NCBI RefSeq assembly: GCF_963506605.1
Contig: NC_083277.1
Span: 17,608,001-17,672,000, forward strand
Source of the DNA: Zootoca vivipara
Lineage: Eukaryota
DNA: 64,000 nucleotides
Direction: 5' to 3'
Both the position numbers and the translations under genes were made by a program. Numbering within the stretch: the stretch's first letter is position 1; each line of letters begins with the position of its first letter. This document shows, in pieces, positions 26,316 to 38,935 of the stretch. The notes under the pieces were generated by a model. The model was not told where the DNA came from. It saw nothing but the letters and a program-made list of their open reading frames with translations, and ran no database searches.

Positions 26316-26796
26316 TGCAAAGCAATAACAAACCTAGACAGCATCTTAAAAAGCAGATACATCACCTTGCCGACAAAGGTCCGTATAGTTAAAGCTATGG
26401 TTTTCCCAGTAGTGATGTATGGAACTGAGAGCTGGACCATGAAGAAGGCTGAACGCCAAAGAATTGATGCTTTTGAATTATGGTGCTGGGGGAGACCCTT
26501 GAGAGTCCCGTGGACTGCAAGAAGATCAAACCTATCCATTCTGAAGGAAATCAGCCCTGAGTGCTCACTGGAAGGACAGATCCTGAAGCTGACTCCCTGG
26601 AAAAGACCCTGATGTTGGGAAAGATTGAGGGCAGGAGGAGAAGGGGATGACAGAGGACGAGATGGTTGGACAGTGTTCTCGAAGCTACGAAGATGAGTTT
26701 GACCAAACTGCGGGAGGCAGTGCAAGACAGGAGTGCCTGGCGTGCTATGGTCCATGGGGTCACGAAGAGTCGGACACGACTAAACTAAACAACAAC
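26316..26796 (+). mobile_element. BovB (RTE) LINE 3' fragment
   Basis: KAMVFPVVMYGTESWTMKKAERQRIDAFELWCW..RVPWTARRSNLSILKEISPECSLEG; tail actaaacaacaac. Confidence 0.92.
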
Positions 26797-27429
26797 GTTT
26801 GGCTGTAGGAGTTGCCAGAAGGAGGCGTACAAAGCAACATCTGACCCTTTTAGGGACTCCACTCCTGATATGTGTACGGTTTACTCCTTAGCCGTTTATT
26901 CTCCCGAAGATGTCCCACATGCCAGCAGGTATGAATTTTTCCTCGGGGTTCAAAAATGAGTATATCCACAAGGCAGCGGAGGTTTAGGATCAGAGTTTTC
27001 CATCTCCTAGATGGGCTACCTTTCCAGGTTGATGGGCCCCATCTGTTCTACAGCAGGTGCAGAAGCCACCTTCTTGATCATTGAATCCACTATTGATCTC
27101 ATCCACTCAATCCGCCATCTTCGCATTCAGAAGTTCCTAACTCATGGAGGGTTTGAGACCCATCGGCTACCCTTACCTGGTTTAGCCGGCGAGCCAAAGC
27201 CATTCCCAGAGTGTGACTACTGCCGCATGCTGATTGGTGTACATCATTTCTGCAAGCGAAGCCACACCCTACCCCAGCATACAAATGAAGTGCAGGTGAA
27301 AGCTTCACTGGAAAGGTTGTTGAAGGTGCAGGATGGAAGGGAGCAGGCAGGTGAACAGTCCTCAGCAATCCTAATAGTGCTGTTTGAATGCATGCTTATA
27401 CAGAAGCCCAACTGCATTCAGTGGGGCTT

Positions 27430-27745
27430 AAAGGTAAAGGGATCCCTTTACCAGTCACGGACGACACTGGGTTTGCGGCACTCATCTCGCTTTACTGGCC
27501 GAGGCAGCCAGCGTACAACTTCCGGGTCATATGGCCAACATGACAAAGCTACTTCTGGCGAACCAGAGCAGCACACGGAAACACCGTTTACCTTCCCGCC
27601 GGAGCAATACCTATTTATCTACTTGCACTTTGACGTGCTTTCTGCAGGAGCTGGGACCGAGCAACGCGAGCTCACACCGTCACAGAGATTCGAACCGCTG
27701 ACCTTCTGATCGGCAAGCCCTAGGCTCTGTGGTTTAACCCACAGC
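27430..27745 (-). mobile_element. Sauria SINE
   Basis: Reverse complement of the Sauria SINE body seen at 41688 and 43968. Confidence 0.85.
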
Positions 27746-28429
27746 TCCCAGGTAAACCTGCAAAGGGCAGCAGCAATCCTGCATGTTTACTCAGAGGTAA
27801 ACCCTACCAAGCATCTTAGTAAACATGTATGGAATTGCAGCCTGCAGATCCCATCTTATACAGACATCCTGGAGACAAAATCACATTGAATTCAACGGGG
27901 CTGACTTCCGAGTAGCCATGCATAGGCTTGCACAACAAATCTATTTCAAAATGTTTGTTCATTATTTTCCCATGTGATTTATACACTGCTTCATTGCAAA
28001 ACAAAGAAACAACACACTCAAAGCGGTTTACAAAACAGGACAAAACAATAAAATTATCAATAAGGAAAAGTTACAATATTTTTATTACATATTTTGTGGG
28101 GTTTTTTTCCAATATTGAATATTGTGTGTGTGAACGACCCTGAGATCTGCGGGTGGATGGCCATATACAAAATAAATTTATAGAATAACTCCTCCCTCCC
28201 CCCCAAAATTTAAACAGTAGACTAAAAACGGATTAAAACTTGCATCAACTTTCTAAACATCTGCCGAAACAAAAGCGTTCCTTCCAGGCTCCATAAAGCC
28301 TCCAGGAACAAAATCACAACTTAAAACAAACAAACAAATACCCCCACAATCAGCCATGCAAATTTGGCCTCTGAGCTCTGGGTAAAATATATATGTATTT
28401 TGAAACCCCCATCGCATCCACACCCCCTC

Positions 28430-29120
28430 CTTTCCAAGGCGTTGGTCGCTGCTTGCTCCTCTCGGCATCTGCACTACAAACACAAACCGGTTCCAAAACT
28501 AGTTCAGCTAGTCCGGGTCCGCTCTCTCCCAGGGAACTCTGGGAGTTGTAGTTCTGGCGGGGAACAGAGAGACTCCGGCGAAGAGAGGCGCGGCCTCTGG
28601 CGGAACTACAGTACCCGGGCTGCCTTGCAAGGGAAGCCACGACAGCTCCGAGTGCCTGGGTCTTCTTTTTTTCCATGTTTCCCCGCTCGGTACCGCGAAG
28701 TGTGTGGACGTGCTGGCGAGTGTCCTCCGCCTCCTTTCCTCGGAAGCAGCAGCCGGAGCCATTGCCACCGAGGCTGCCTCCTCCTCGCCGCGTTACAAAC
28801 GCGCTCCAGGATCGCGGAGGCTTTGCAGACGCGTCACTTTTGCAGAAACCAAACACCCAGCAGGTAGGAAGGTAAAAAAAGGGAAAAGGTGCGTCTCTAG
28901 GACCTGACCGGAGTTGGGCGAAGTGTGTGAGTCATTCTGGCAGGTCGGGGTGGCCCTGGAAGTGCATCAGAGTTTGGGGTGCTCTCCAGAATAATGCGAG
29001 TAGAGACCCCCCCTAACTCCCGTGATCGCGCGTTCTCACATGCTTTTTTATGCTTCCGCGCTGTTCCTGCTTCTCTTGCAGGTCTTGGGGCTTGGGAGTG
29101 GGTGTGGGTGTGCGGTGGAT
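28430..29120 (+). promoter_or_regulatory. CpG-island promoter and candidate first exon(s) of the KRAB-B/Myb-SANT gene
   Basis: CpG-dense; ZNF143/THAP11-type motif ACTACAACTCCCAG (minus strand, 28539-28552) and ACTACAGTACCC (28605); donor CAG/gtagga after 28863; acceptor before 29082. Confidence 0.65.
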
Positions 29121-30104
29121 CGGGCGAGGAAACAGCAGAAACTTTGCAGAAAGAGAAATCCCCCCCCAATAATGATTGCTAGAAATCCAGAAACAGAGGT
29201 TTCTGCCTCCCACTGAAACACAAGAAGTGGAGAAGGCGATTAGGGAGCTGAGATCCTCCCCCCTCTCCTGCTAAGAACGACTTGTCTGGGCTTAAGGTAG
29301 GGCTGGGGAAAGTAGGATGGTGGTCCGTGCTGGCCGACGTTTTCCCTGGGGCTGTGTAAGCGCAACATGATGGAACTCAGTGGAACTTGTTTCTGAGAAG
29401 ACAGCAATAAACTGGTGGGAGGCTGGGGGCGGGGGGGGGTGTTGTTGTTCCTGTTTATGCCTGCATAAATCCACCCGGATGAGGAAGAGAAGGTTGAGAA
29501 GTCCTGGGCAAGAAGCGAGGTGCTTCTACCCCTGGTTTCTTCAAATTCCCTAAAGAAAATTGAGATCAGTACCGCCACTCTCACTGAAACTCCAATGTCT
29601 TTCTCGTTTTTCAGTCCTGGGGTCCTCAGTTGACACCCTCACCCCTGCGTCCCTCTGTGTGTGGCCTCAGCTGCACAATATTATTATTATTACTGTATTA
29701 TTATTATTTACCTGCCCTTCACACCATGGTCCCAGGGTGGGTTTCATCATTAAAGCGTAACATAAAAACTTACAATCAAGAGAGGTCAATATACACCTCT
29801 GGGGTCAAAAGCTAGGATAAAGAGTCTTCACAGCACTTTAAACAATCATGGCTCCCCCCCCCCAGAATTCTGGGAGTTGTAGTTTGTTAAGGGTGCTGGA
29901 AGTGGTTAGGAGAACCCTGTCCCCCTCTTAGAGCTACGATTCCCAGAGTGGTTTAACAATCAGTTCCTCTTCCTAGGAACCTCTGCGAGCTGAAGCTCTG
30001 TGAGGGGAATAGGGGTCTCCTTCAACAGCTCTCAGCACCCATAACAAACTACAGTTCCCAGGATTCTTTAGCCATGGCTGTTTGTATGGTATGATACTGT
30101 CCAC

Positions 30105-30520
30105 AAACAACAATATTCTGGAGATCCCGAGCCATAAGGTGGCTAGATTGGCCTCAACTAGGGCCAGGGCCTTTTCAGTATTGGCCCCAACTTGGTGGAA
30201 CGCTCTTTCACAGGAGACCAGGGCCCTGCGGGATTTGTCATCTTTCCGCAGGGCCTGCAAGACAGAGCTGTTCCGCCTGGCCTTTGGGTTGGATTCAGTC
30301 TGATCCCTGTGTTTTCCTCCCTCGTGGTTTGGATTTATGGACTACTTAAAATGAGGCTGCATTTTAAATTTTAAATTTTAATATTGTATTTTAATCTGTA
30401 TTTTAATTAATTGTTTTCTTTTCTTTTATGTCTTATTGTAATTTTATTGGTGTTAGCCGCCCTGAGCCTGGTTTTGACTGGGGAGGGCGGGGTATAAATA
30501 CAAATAATTTATTATTATTA
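30105..30520 (+). mobile_element. L2-clade LINE 3' end
   Basis: RARAFSVLAPTWWNALSQETRALRDLSSFRRACKTELFRLAF followed by an AT-rich 3' UTR and (TTA)n. Confidence 0.75.
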
Positions 30521-31004
30521 TTATTATTCAAATTTATACACCACCTTTCATCCAAAAATCTCAGGGCGATTCACAAGATAATGTATAGGGCCCGAGTTCT
30601 GATTTTTATTTTTAGCATGTCACTACTTTAATTATTTACTTTTAAGAGAGAGTTGCAGGTGGCATGAGAGAGGCAGTGTTCTCCAGGTGTGTGTGCGTGC
30701 ATTGTTAGTATCCCCAGGTACGTTATGCTACATTTGCTACTTTGATTTCCTTCTGTCTCGGGACAGTTTCCCAAGCGGTGGCTCTTATTTTTAAACAAAT
30801 CAACAAGGCATTTGGAATCTGGTTTCAGCCACCTTCCTCTCTAGGCAGACACGACTTGCCCATCGTACTCCAAAAAGCATCAGGCAAGATTCCTGGCTGG
30901 GCTTCCAATTAAGATCTCACCTGTTTTAAAGCAGCTGGATTGGTTGCCGGTTCATTTCCAGGCCCAATATAAGGTGCTCAAAATAAGCCCTAAATGCCTT
31001 AGAC

Positions 31005-31427
31005 CAGGCATCCCCAAACTGCGGCCCTCCAGATGTTTTGGCCTACAACTCCCATGATCCCTAGCTAACAGGACCAGTGGTCAGGGATGATGGGAATTGT
31101 AGTCCAAAACATCTGGAGGGCCAAAGTTTGGGGATGCCTGCCTTAGACCCCCCCCCAACTATCTGGAAGACCTTCCTTTCCTGGAGTCCTTCCCGGGTGC
31201 TGTGATAGACAGAAGGGCCCCTCCTGGCAGTTCCTCCACCCTCAGTGGGTGGCAGCCTGGGAGAGGGCATTCTCGGTGGCAACCTCTAAGTCAGGCATAT
31301 GCAAACTCCGGCCCTCCAGATGTTTGGGACTACAATTCTCATCATCCCTAGCTAACAGGACCAGGGGTCAGGGATGATGGGAATTGTAGTTCCAAACATC
31401 TGGAGGGCCGGAGTTTGCCTATGCCTG
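31005..31427. mobile_element. Two ~135-bp hAT-type MITEs (31005-31140, 31292-31427)
   Basis: Same family as 20572; TSD ccttagac (perfect) and ctctaagt/ctctacgt. Confidence 0.85.
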
Positions 31428-31977
31428 CTCTACGTTGTGGGGGTCTCTCCCCACAGAGTGGCACCTCTACTGCACAGCTTCTGGTGGTGGCTAAAGAAAT
31501 AGCTCTCTACCCTTGCTTTTGAGGTGTACATTTTTAGCACCTGCCTTATTTTTGTGACTATAAAACTGTTTTTAATATTGCAGTTTGGTGTTGCAATTCC
31601 CCAGGACCTTAGGGTGAAGGGTGGGCAAGGAATAATAAGACCAACCACAGAGACAGGCTCTCAGCACAGAAAATAATCTCTCCTGAGATTCAGAGGTGGC
31701 ATCTTAGAGCCATTGTCGTTGCTCAACGTATGCATACTCGCGGTCTCTTTCCCCAACCCCACCAGCAGCTGGGATCTCTGTTCAAACTAGTTTTGCGGGT
31801 TTTGATGGTGCTTTTGACGCAGGACCCAGGGAGGAAAAAGCCACCCTGAAATTGCCAGGGTCGGGTGTCCCGGAAGGCTCAGAGCAGCTTCCGAAACCTG
31901 GTGGCTCTCTCAGGGGTGCTGTAGTTGCATCCCTGTATTGTCGATCCTGTATGGAGCAGTGGGGTTGGGCTAGAGCA

Positions 31978-32051
31978 GACCATGGCTGATTATCGGTTAA
32001 ACATCTGGCAAGTTTAGATGACAGATGTTTAACCGATAATCAGCCATGGTC
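31978..32051. repeat. Perfect 30-bp inverted repeat with 14-nt loop
   Basis: gaccatggctgattatcggttaaacatctg (31978-32007) and its exact reverse complement (32022-32051). Confidence 0.9.
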
Positions 32052-32201
32052 AGTCCAGGAGAAGATGGCAAGTATCAGGCAGGAAGTTCCAAGGACAATC
32101 AATATATTTTGATTTTGGGAATGATTCACGTTCTTATGTAGCTGCATCATTTTATACTTTCTGGCTGTCCCATGATCATATTATAAAGCAGTTGTGTTCT
32201 G

Positions 32202-32571
32202 CAGGTGAAACTCGGAAAATTAGAATATCGTCGAAAAGTGCATTTATCTCAGTAATGCAACTTAAAAGGTGAAACCAATATATGAGATAGATGCATGACA
32301 TGCAAAGCAAGATATGTCAAGCCTTTATTTGTTGTAATTGTAATTATTTGTCGTTAGGCGGGTCAATTATAAATGGAATGTAATTAATGAAATGTAATAG
32401 CGATGTTTATTTTTGTATTACCGTATTGTAACTACAGGTATTTGTTTTATTACTGTGGAATTTCCAAAAGAAAGTATTTGTAAAAATTAATAATAATAAT
32501 AATAATAATAAGTTGCATTACTGAAATAAATGCACTTTTCGATGATATTCTAATTTTCCAAGTTTCACCTG
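32202..32571. mobile_element. Tc1/mariner non-autonomous element
   Basis: Long TIR caggtgaaactcggaaaattagaatatcgtcgaaaagtgcattta.. and TA at the right end; second copy at 38251 in opposite orientation. Confidence 0.8.
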
Positions 32572-33155
32572 TATGTTATAAATCAAACGCTGCTAGAAGT
32601 TGTTGCATTCCCCCCTCCCCAATGTATTTCTTAGCAATAAAATACTTTGTGGTATTTGCAAGCAAATTTTTATTCTGAAAGTGTGGCCCAGAGAAAAAAG
32701 TTTCAGAACCACTGGTCTAAAGCAACTAATATAAACAATGTGATAAACATCAATAGTTAAAAATGGCACCAATTCACAGACAGTGACACCTGGTATAATA
32801 GAACGAGCTGTGCAGAGCCAAAGGCTCCAGAAAAAAAATGACAAATTTTAAAGAGAGCTTTGAACATATGGAGTGAGGGGGCAACTCACCACTGCTTCCT
32901 GGAAGGTGATTCCAAGCATATGGAGCATAAAAAGTAAAAGGACCAAGATACGCTAGAGAACAAGAAACTCTTGAATGAGTTAGAAGCACAGAATCAGAAA
33001 GAAAACAGACCAGGCGACCAGGCTTTGGCTTCAACCTTGTTGCGGCATTGAGTGCTCCCAAATGATTCACCTTTTCCTCTGCTTTCCCCCTACATGTCAC
33101 AGTTCCTTGGTAGAAACCGTGGGAAGAGAAATTTGACCCCGTGTATTTCTTCTGG

Positions 33156-33281
33156 ATGGTGGTGACTCTTGAGCCCAACGGTGGTGGGACTTCATCAGGG
33201 AGCTGTTTTGGACCAGAACCAAAGAGCCCTGCGCTGGGGGTGTTGTCATGCAGAACAACTTTGCAAGGATGGCCTTGCTGG
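33156..33281 (+). pseudogene. Degenerate (frameshifted) KRAB-A exon whose 3' end can supply the start codon
   Basis: Three frames give VTLE.. / LDQNQRAL / VMQNNFARMALL(G), matching KRAB-A VTFEDV..LDPAQRALY.DVM.ENY..L.SLG. It ends at a phase-1 donor G/gtaaga, 162 nt before a KRAB-B exon. The expected acceptor reads ..ttctgg rather than ..cag. Confidence 0.6.
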
Positions 33282-33613
33282 GTAAGAACCCCAAATCCTG
33301 CCCCCTCCCCACCCCCAACCTTTCCATCCAGTAATGATGGAATTCTTTTTAGCGTGGACTCTGGAGAACGTCTCCCTAGCCAGTGATGGGTAGAATGGCC
33401 AACTCACCTGGGCCTTGCTGCTCTTCTGCTCCTTCCTGCGCAGGGTTGCCTGTTGAAGAGCCGGAGGTGATCTGCAAGATTGAGTCCGAGGAAGAGCCGT
33501 GGATCCCAAGCGAGCAAGCCGCGAGAGGGAGGCGGATCCTGCCTGGAAGCAGGAAGTTAGGTGAGGGGCCAACTCCACCTGGAAGGGCTAGGGCATGCCT
33601 TCTAACCAGGAAT

Positions 33614-33664
<51 letters not shown>

Positions 33665-36600
33665 ATTTTTATTAAACTTTCTGTTTTACAATTTAGAGAA
33701 TACTCATTTAAGCAACCTGAAAATGTCAGTGGTTTCCCTTCTTTTCTTTCCATGGTTCATTTTGCATATCATAAATCCCTGCATATTTTACATAAACTAA
33801 ACCATTCAGTATTCCATTATTACATGCACCAAAACTGGTTTACACTGTTGAATTTATCTTAATGCTGCCAACCTTTTCAACCTTTTCCCCCATACATTCA
33901 ATAAACATTTTCCAATCTTTAAACATATGTTCTTCTTGTTCTCTTATGTTAGGTCCGCAAGCTGCACTTATTCCATCAGTTTAACCTTTTTTGACACCTA
34001 GGAATTTCCGTCTGGATTATCCCCAGCAAAAAGGACTCTGGTTTCTTTTTTTAAAAAAGTACTTTGAAACATTTTTTCCCCCAATTCATTATGAATTATT
34101 TCCCAATGCTCTTTTACCATTTTACAGTTCCACCACATATGAAAGAATGTTCCCTCAACCTCAATGCAGGGAAGTCTATTCTCCCTCTGTCTGCCCAGAG
34201 TTTGAATGAGCAGGTTACGCTCACCCAGCGTTGAGGAAGATGCACCCTCCTTATTCAAAGCATCAAAGAAGAATCAAAGAATCGTAGAGTTTGAAGGAAC
34301 CACGAGGGTCATCTAGTCCAACCCCATGCAATGCATGAATCTCTTGCCCAATGTAGGGCTCGAACCCACGACCCTGAGATTAACAGTCTCATGCTCTCCC
34401 AACTGAGCTATCCCAGGGGATTCGTGCATTGTGTGCCTCAAGCCTGGCTGCACAGCAGAGTCCACTTGAGGAATGCTGAAAACCTTCTAGTTTCTTAGTT
34501 TCAGATCTAGCGCAGTCCTTATTTTTGTTGAAACAAAATAAAAAAAATCCTTCCAGTAGCACCTTAGAGACCAACTAAGTTTGTCATTGGTATGAGCTTT
34601 CGTGTGCATGCACACTCCTTCAGATTTCGTGCATGCACACAAAAGCTCATACCAATGACAAACTTAGTTGGTCTCTAAGGTGCTACTGGAAGGATTTTTT
34701 TTATTTTGTTTTGAGTACGGCAGACCAACATGGCTACCTACCTGTAACTTATTTTTGTTGATACCTCCTTCTGTTTCAAGAGTTTAAAAATTATTGTACT
34801 GTAATTGTGATGCTTCAGGACACACATGCCCAAAAAAAAAGAATTAAATTTTCTCAGCTCTTTTCTCCCCACCCTGTCCTGTCTGAGTTAACCTTTCTCT
34901 CTCTTTCTCTCTTCACCTCCCTCCCACTTGGCTTCACCTCCATCCCACTTGGCTTTCCAGCTGCCGAAACGCCCGAGCCGGCCATTGCCCCCTACAGGCA
35001 GTATCGCGGCACCACGTGGACCTACCCCGAGATCATAGACCTGCTGGTCATTTGGCGCGAGCGGGAGATCCAGCAGGAGCTGCAGCGGAGCCACCGGAAC
35101 ATCGAGACTTTCCAAGTGGTGGCCAGCAAGATGGCGCAGAGAGGCCACAAGCGCTCTGCCCTGGAGTGCCGCTCCAAGATCAAGACTCTGAAGAGGGACT
35201 ACCGGATAGCCAAGGCCAACAACTCCCCGGGGAAAGGACATTTGGCCTGGCTCTTCTACGACCAGCTCGACCACCTGTTGGCCAACGAGGCGGACCTCTC
35301 ACCCCCAGAGGCGCTGCCCGCCTTGAGCCGCCGCGGGGCGTCTGTCGCCGACTCGATGTCTCAGTGCTCCACCGAGGAGGAAGCTGTGGCGGAGGGGGCC
35401 AAAGCGGGCAGCCAGGAAACGCTGCCTCTAAGGACGCGCTCGCCTCCCCAGGTCCCCAGCCTGGGGGGTGGCTTCCCTATACTGTACATAAAGGAGGAAG
35501 CCCCCGACGAAATGCCCGTGACATCTCCCATGGGTCAGTAGCGGCATTTGGTGTCTGAGGAGACCCCTGTGGAATGAGGTTTTCGAAATAGCCTTTTTTT
35601 TTAAAAAAAAAAGGAATCCCTGGGAGACAGTGTCTTTCATTTTATTTTCTTGCATTTAGATTCCGCCTTTTCTTCCAAGAAGGCTGAGGTAGGGTACATG
35701 GTTGTCCTCCTCATTTAATCCCCCACAACAACCCTGCGAAGTGTCTAAAGGTCCTTTACCTTTACCTTTTACCATGAGATGTAGTGACAGCCGGCCAGCT
35801 TAGATGAGTTTACTGGATAAATTCACGGAGGATAAAAAAAAAAACACCAGTGACTACCTGCCACAATGGCTCCGTAATACCTGCAGCGTTACAGACAGTG
35901 AGTCCTATCCAAAGTAGCAATCAAACCTTGCAAGAGCAGAGCTACTTCCGCTTGTACAGTGAGACTTCCCACCCCCACAGTGAGCTCCCTAAATCTGTTC
36001 TGCGGTTGCCTCCGTGCCTCCAGAACAGATTCGGGGAGGGCATGAAGCATGTGCACGTCCTTCCTCTCATGCAGTTGTTTAGTTATGGGATGTTTAGTCA
36101 GAATCTCCTTTCTTGCAACTTGGTTTTGGTCCTACCCTCTAAATTGCGAGGAAAAAAAAGCTTGCTCCATCGTCCATGTGACAGCCCTTGAGATATTTGA
36201 AGATGGATATCCTATCTCTTCTTTTCCAGGGTAAACATACCCATCTCCTTCAACTGGTCCTCATAAGGCTTGGTTGCCTTTGGCTGCCAGGATTAGTGCT
36301 TGAAGACAACAACACTGTTATATGATGTTCTTGAACTCGATAATCAAAATGCAAGGGCTGGGTTAATGCCCAAGGGACTGCGGTGTGTTTTGTATATAAT
36401 GATCATTTCATTCTGATGCTTTCTGCATTCACACATCTGCCCCAAGCATTTCCTCAGCCCATTCTGCGCAACAACATTGTGTAGCCTGCAAGTGGTTTGT
36501 GATACAATAGACCAGAAGCTTGGGGGGGGGGGCTAGGATTGTTGCTGTGGACAAAGGCCAGCTATGCTCCTGAAATTAATCAATGTTATGTCTGTCTTCA

Positions 36601-37892
36601 GGAATAGCAGAAGCCAGCAGTCCGGCTCCACCTCTGCTGTCTACTCCCTGCGATAAACCGGGCAGCTCTGCCTCAACAGTAGGTAAGAACAGGACAAAAC
36701 AATTACTGTAGATAAGAACTGCCAGTTCCTGAGGTTAATCGTTTGAATGACTGGATGTAAATTAGATGCTCACCTGGGGCAAGGAAGAATCCTTTCTAAT
36801 AGGTGGAGTTAGGTTAATAGGTAGCCTTACTAATTTATAAATCACTTTTTACATACTGTCTCAAGGCAATTTGCAGGCAGGCCACAGAAGGAGCGGAACA
36901 CACAGACACACACGCAAAAGCTATTAAAAGCAGCACCAAAAGCCAACGTTTGAAAAAGTTGACGTTTTCATTTTGTATTGTTAAACCTAAGGCCGTTTCT
37001 GTGTTGAAACAAATTTGTCTTCAGTGTTTCCAGAAATGTTATTCGTTTCCAGAAAGTACTGGTAGCGAGTGCTTGTCTCATGTCAACAGGGACGCTGTTC
37101 GAGGGAACAGCCTTGCAGGTTGGTCTTGCAGCCCACAATTTGCAGCAAGGGATGGATAGGAGCCAACATGTTTGTCTTTACTTCGCACTGTGGCTCAGTT
37201 GAACCAACCCATAGTAGAGAGAGCTTACAGATCAATTTTTTAAAAAATCAAGCTATACCAAAAAATGACACAACACAAAAGGATAATAGGAGGAGAAAGG
37301 AGGGGGGGGGAGAAGCAAACTCATGCACTGCTTCTTAAAGTTAACACTGAAAATCCGAATCATGTTGACTCAGAAAGTCCCACTTTGTTCAATGGGACTT
37401 GCTGTTGAGGAAGTGAGTTCTAAGCATAGTTTTGTTTCGTGCTTTTCAGACGGGGCCATAACCCCCTCCCCAAGTCCCTTGCCTGACCCCGCCAGGTCGT
37501 ACGCCGCAGAGCGCCTCGCCAACATCCGGAAGCGGAAGAGGAAAAACAGGCAGGATCTGGCGCTGGAAATCACCCACGCGGCTGACAGGAGGGTGCAGAC
37601 GGCCACCGACCGGATCCTGGCGGCCCTGGGCGAGTACGCGAAGGCCGATCTGGAGGAGCGGGAGCGGGACCGCGTAGACACTGAACAGATCATTGCGCTC
37701 ATGAACCGCCAGACGGAACTGCTAGAGTCGCTCGTGCGAAAGCAGGCAGAGGCGCAGGCTCCCCCGGCCCCGGCCTTAACCCGGCAGGCCCGGCTACCCC
37801 GGCTCGGGCAGCCCGGTCACGCGGCAGACGCTTCTCCCTTGCGCTTGGGGTCCGCCAGGCGGCCCATGGCGCGGGCGAGGTACCGGAGGTGA
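33248..37892 (+). CDS. KRAB-B-like + Myb/SANT (trihelix, MSANTD/ZSCAN29-type) protein derived from a Harbinger Myb ORF; ~415 aa; exons 33248-33281, 33444-33560, 34961-35533, 36602-36682, 37450-37892
   Basis: All introns are GT-AG and phase 1, and the frame stays open across them (1248 nt). Exon 2 GLPVEEPEVICKIESEEEPW is KRAB-B-like. Exon 3 WTYPEIIDLLVIW..F..VASKM..RGHKRSALECRSKIKTLKRDY is Myb_DNA-bind_4-like. The last exon has basic NLS-like RKRKRKNR and a coiled-coil-like segment. Start codon uncertain (33248 or 33269). Confidence 0.8.
33665..34185 (-). mobile_element. L1-clade LINE 3' fragment (intronic), next to (TC)n
   Basis: Minus-strand CIEVEGTFFHMWWNCKMVKEHWE resembles the L1 ORF2 C-terminal Cys/His motif. 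Confidence 0.65.
34270..34418 (-). mobile_element. tRNA-Lys-derived SINE head with CR1-like tail
   Basis: Minus strand tagctcagttgggagagcatgagactgttaatctcagggtcgtgggttcgagccctacattgggc resembles tRNA-Lys(CTT) with a broken acceptor stem, fused to ggttggactagatgaccc..ctacgattc. Confidence 0.7.
34531..34747. mobile_element. Penelope-like element remnant, inverted terminal duplication (~85-bp arms)
   Basis: ccttccagtagcaccttagagaccaactaagtttgtcattggtatgagctt is repeated in inverse orientation; flanking direct repeat cttatttttgttga. Confidence 0.65.
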
Positions 37893-38250
37893 CTCCCAAG
37901 ACGGCTGTGGCGGCGATGTGGCTGTGGCGGCACTCTTTGGCTGTAGTTCCATTAGCGTGCGGGGCATCCGGGCTACGTTTGTAACGGGTTGTAGTTTTCT
38001 TTTTCAGGAATTTAAAAAACTTTTTTTGCAGTTAATGATTTTGTAATTAGGAAGGGGGGCGGGATAAAAGTTGGAGGGTGGGGTTCTTTTCCCCCTACTC
38101 TTTTTTCTCCCCACATTACTAGTTCTGGTAAATAAGGGGTGGGAGGAAAATGTTGTAGCACAGAGACTCACGTGCCACTCAACACAAAACCATTTTGTTC
38201 GATCTTCATAGTTCTCTGTATACACACAAACACACACCCATATATATATA

Positions 38251-38608
38251 CAGGTGAAACTCTGAAAAATAAAATATTGTCGAAAAGTGCATTTATTTCA
38301 GTAATGCAACTTTTTATTTTTTTATTTTTCTTTTAATTTTTACAAATGCTTTCTTTTGGAAATTCCACAGTAATAAAACATATAGATACAATAATACAAA
38401 ATAAACATCGCTATAACATTTCATTAATTACATTCCATTTATAATTGACCCTCCTAACGAGAAATAATTACAATTACAACAAATAAAGGCTTGACATATC
38501 TTGCTTTGCATGTTATGCATCTATGCCATATATTGGTTTCACATTTAAGTTGCATTACTGAAATAAATGCACTTTTTTACGATATTCTAATTTTCCAAGC
38601 TTCACCTG
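38251..38608. mobile_element. Tc1/mariner non-autonomous element (same family as 32202)
   Basis: caggtgaaact..agcttcacctg TIRs inside a TA-rich tract; internal sequence is the reverse complement of the 32202 copy. Confidence 0.8.
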
Positions 38609-38659
38609 TGTATGTATATATATGTGTGTGTGTGTGTCACATATATGGGACCTTAGGTT

Positions 38660-38935
38660 GAATGGTTTTTTGTTGGCATCTGTCTGTCTCGGGAGACAAT
38701 GGAGGAGTGCGCTTTTTGGGGTGAAGTCAAACCATTAGAGAATCACAGCACCTGCTGTGGCCGTAGAGGCCGATACAGGAGAGACATGTTTTGTTGCAGC
38801 TGGGGCAGATGAAGGCATCTGGTTGTGTTGCTGCAGATGCACCATGGCATTTCTTCTCTTTGTACTTGCCCCAGTGGTCATCATTCCTCCTCTGGTCACT
38901 GCTACGGATACACAACCTGTCTGTCTCCAGGCACA
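38660..38935 (-). mobile_element. RTE-clade LINE 3' fragment (related copy 41245-41490)
   Basis: FICPSCNKTCLSCIGLYGHSRCC resembles the C-terminal zinc finger of RTE-type ORFs. Confidence 0.55.

Noticed and set aside
34346-34418. Functional tRNA-Lys/Asn gene
   Set aside because: The acceptor stem is broken and the sequence is fused to a CR1-like tail, so it is a SINE head.
34807-34960. 5' parts of ORFs 34807-35541 and 37323-37892
   Set aside because: Intronic polypyrimidine tracts read in frame; the exons begin at acceptors 34961 and 37450.
32202-38608. Two inverted Tc1 MITEs flanking the Myb coding exons as a composite transposon
   Set aside because: Each copy has its own pair of TIRs and the promoter lies outside them. 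Independent insertions of an abundant family are the simpler explanation, and Tc1 ends do not fit a Harbinger cargo.
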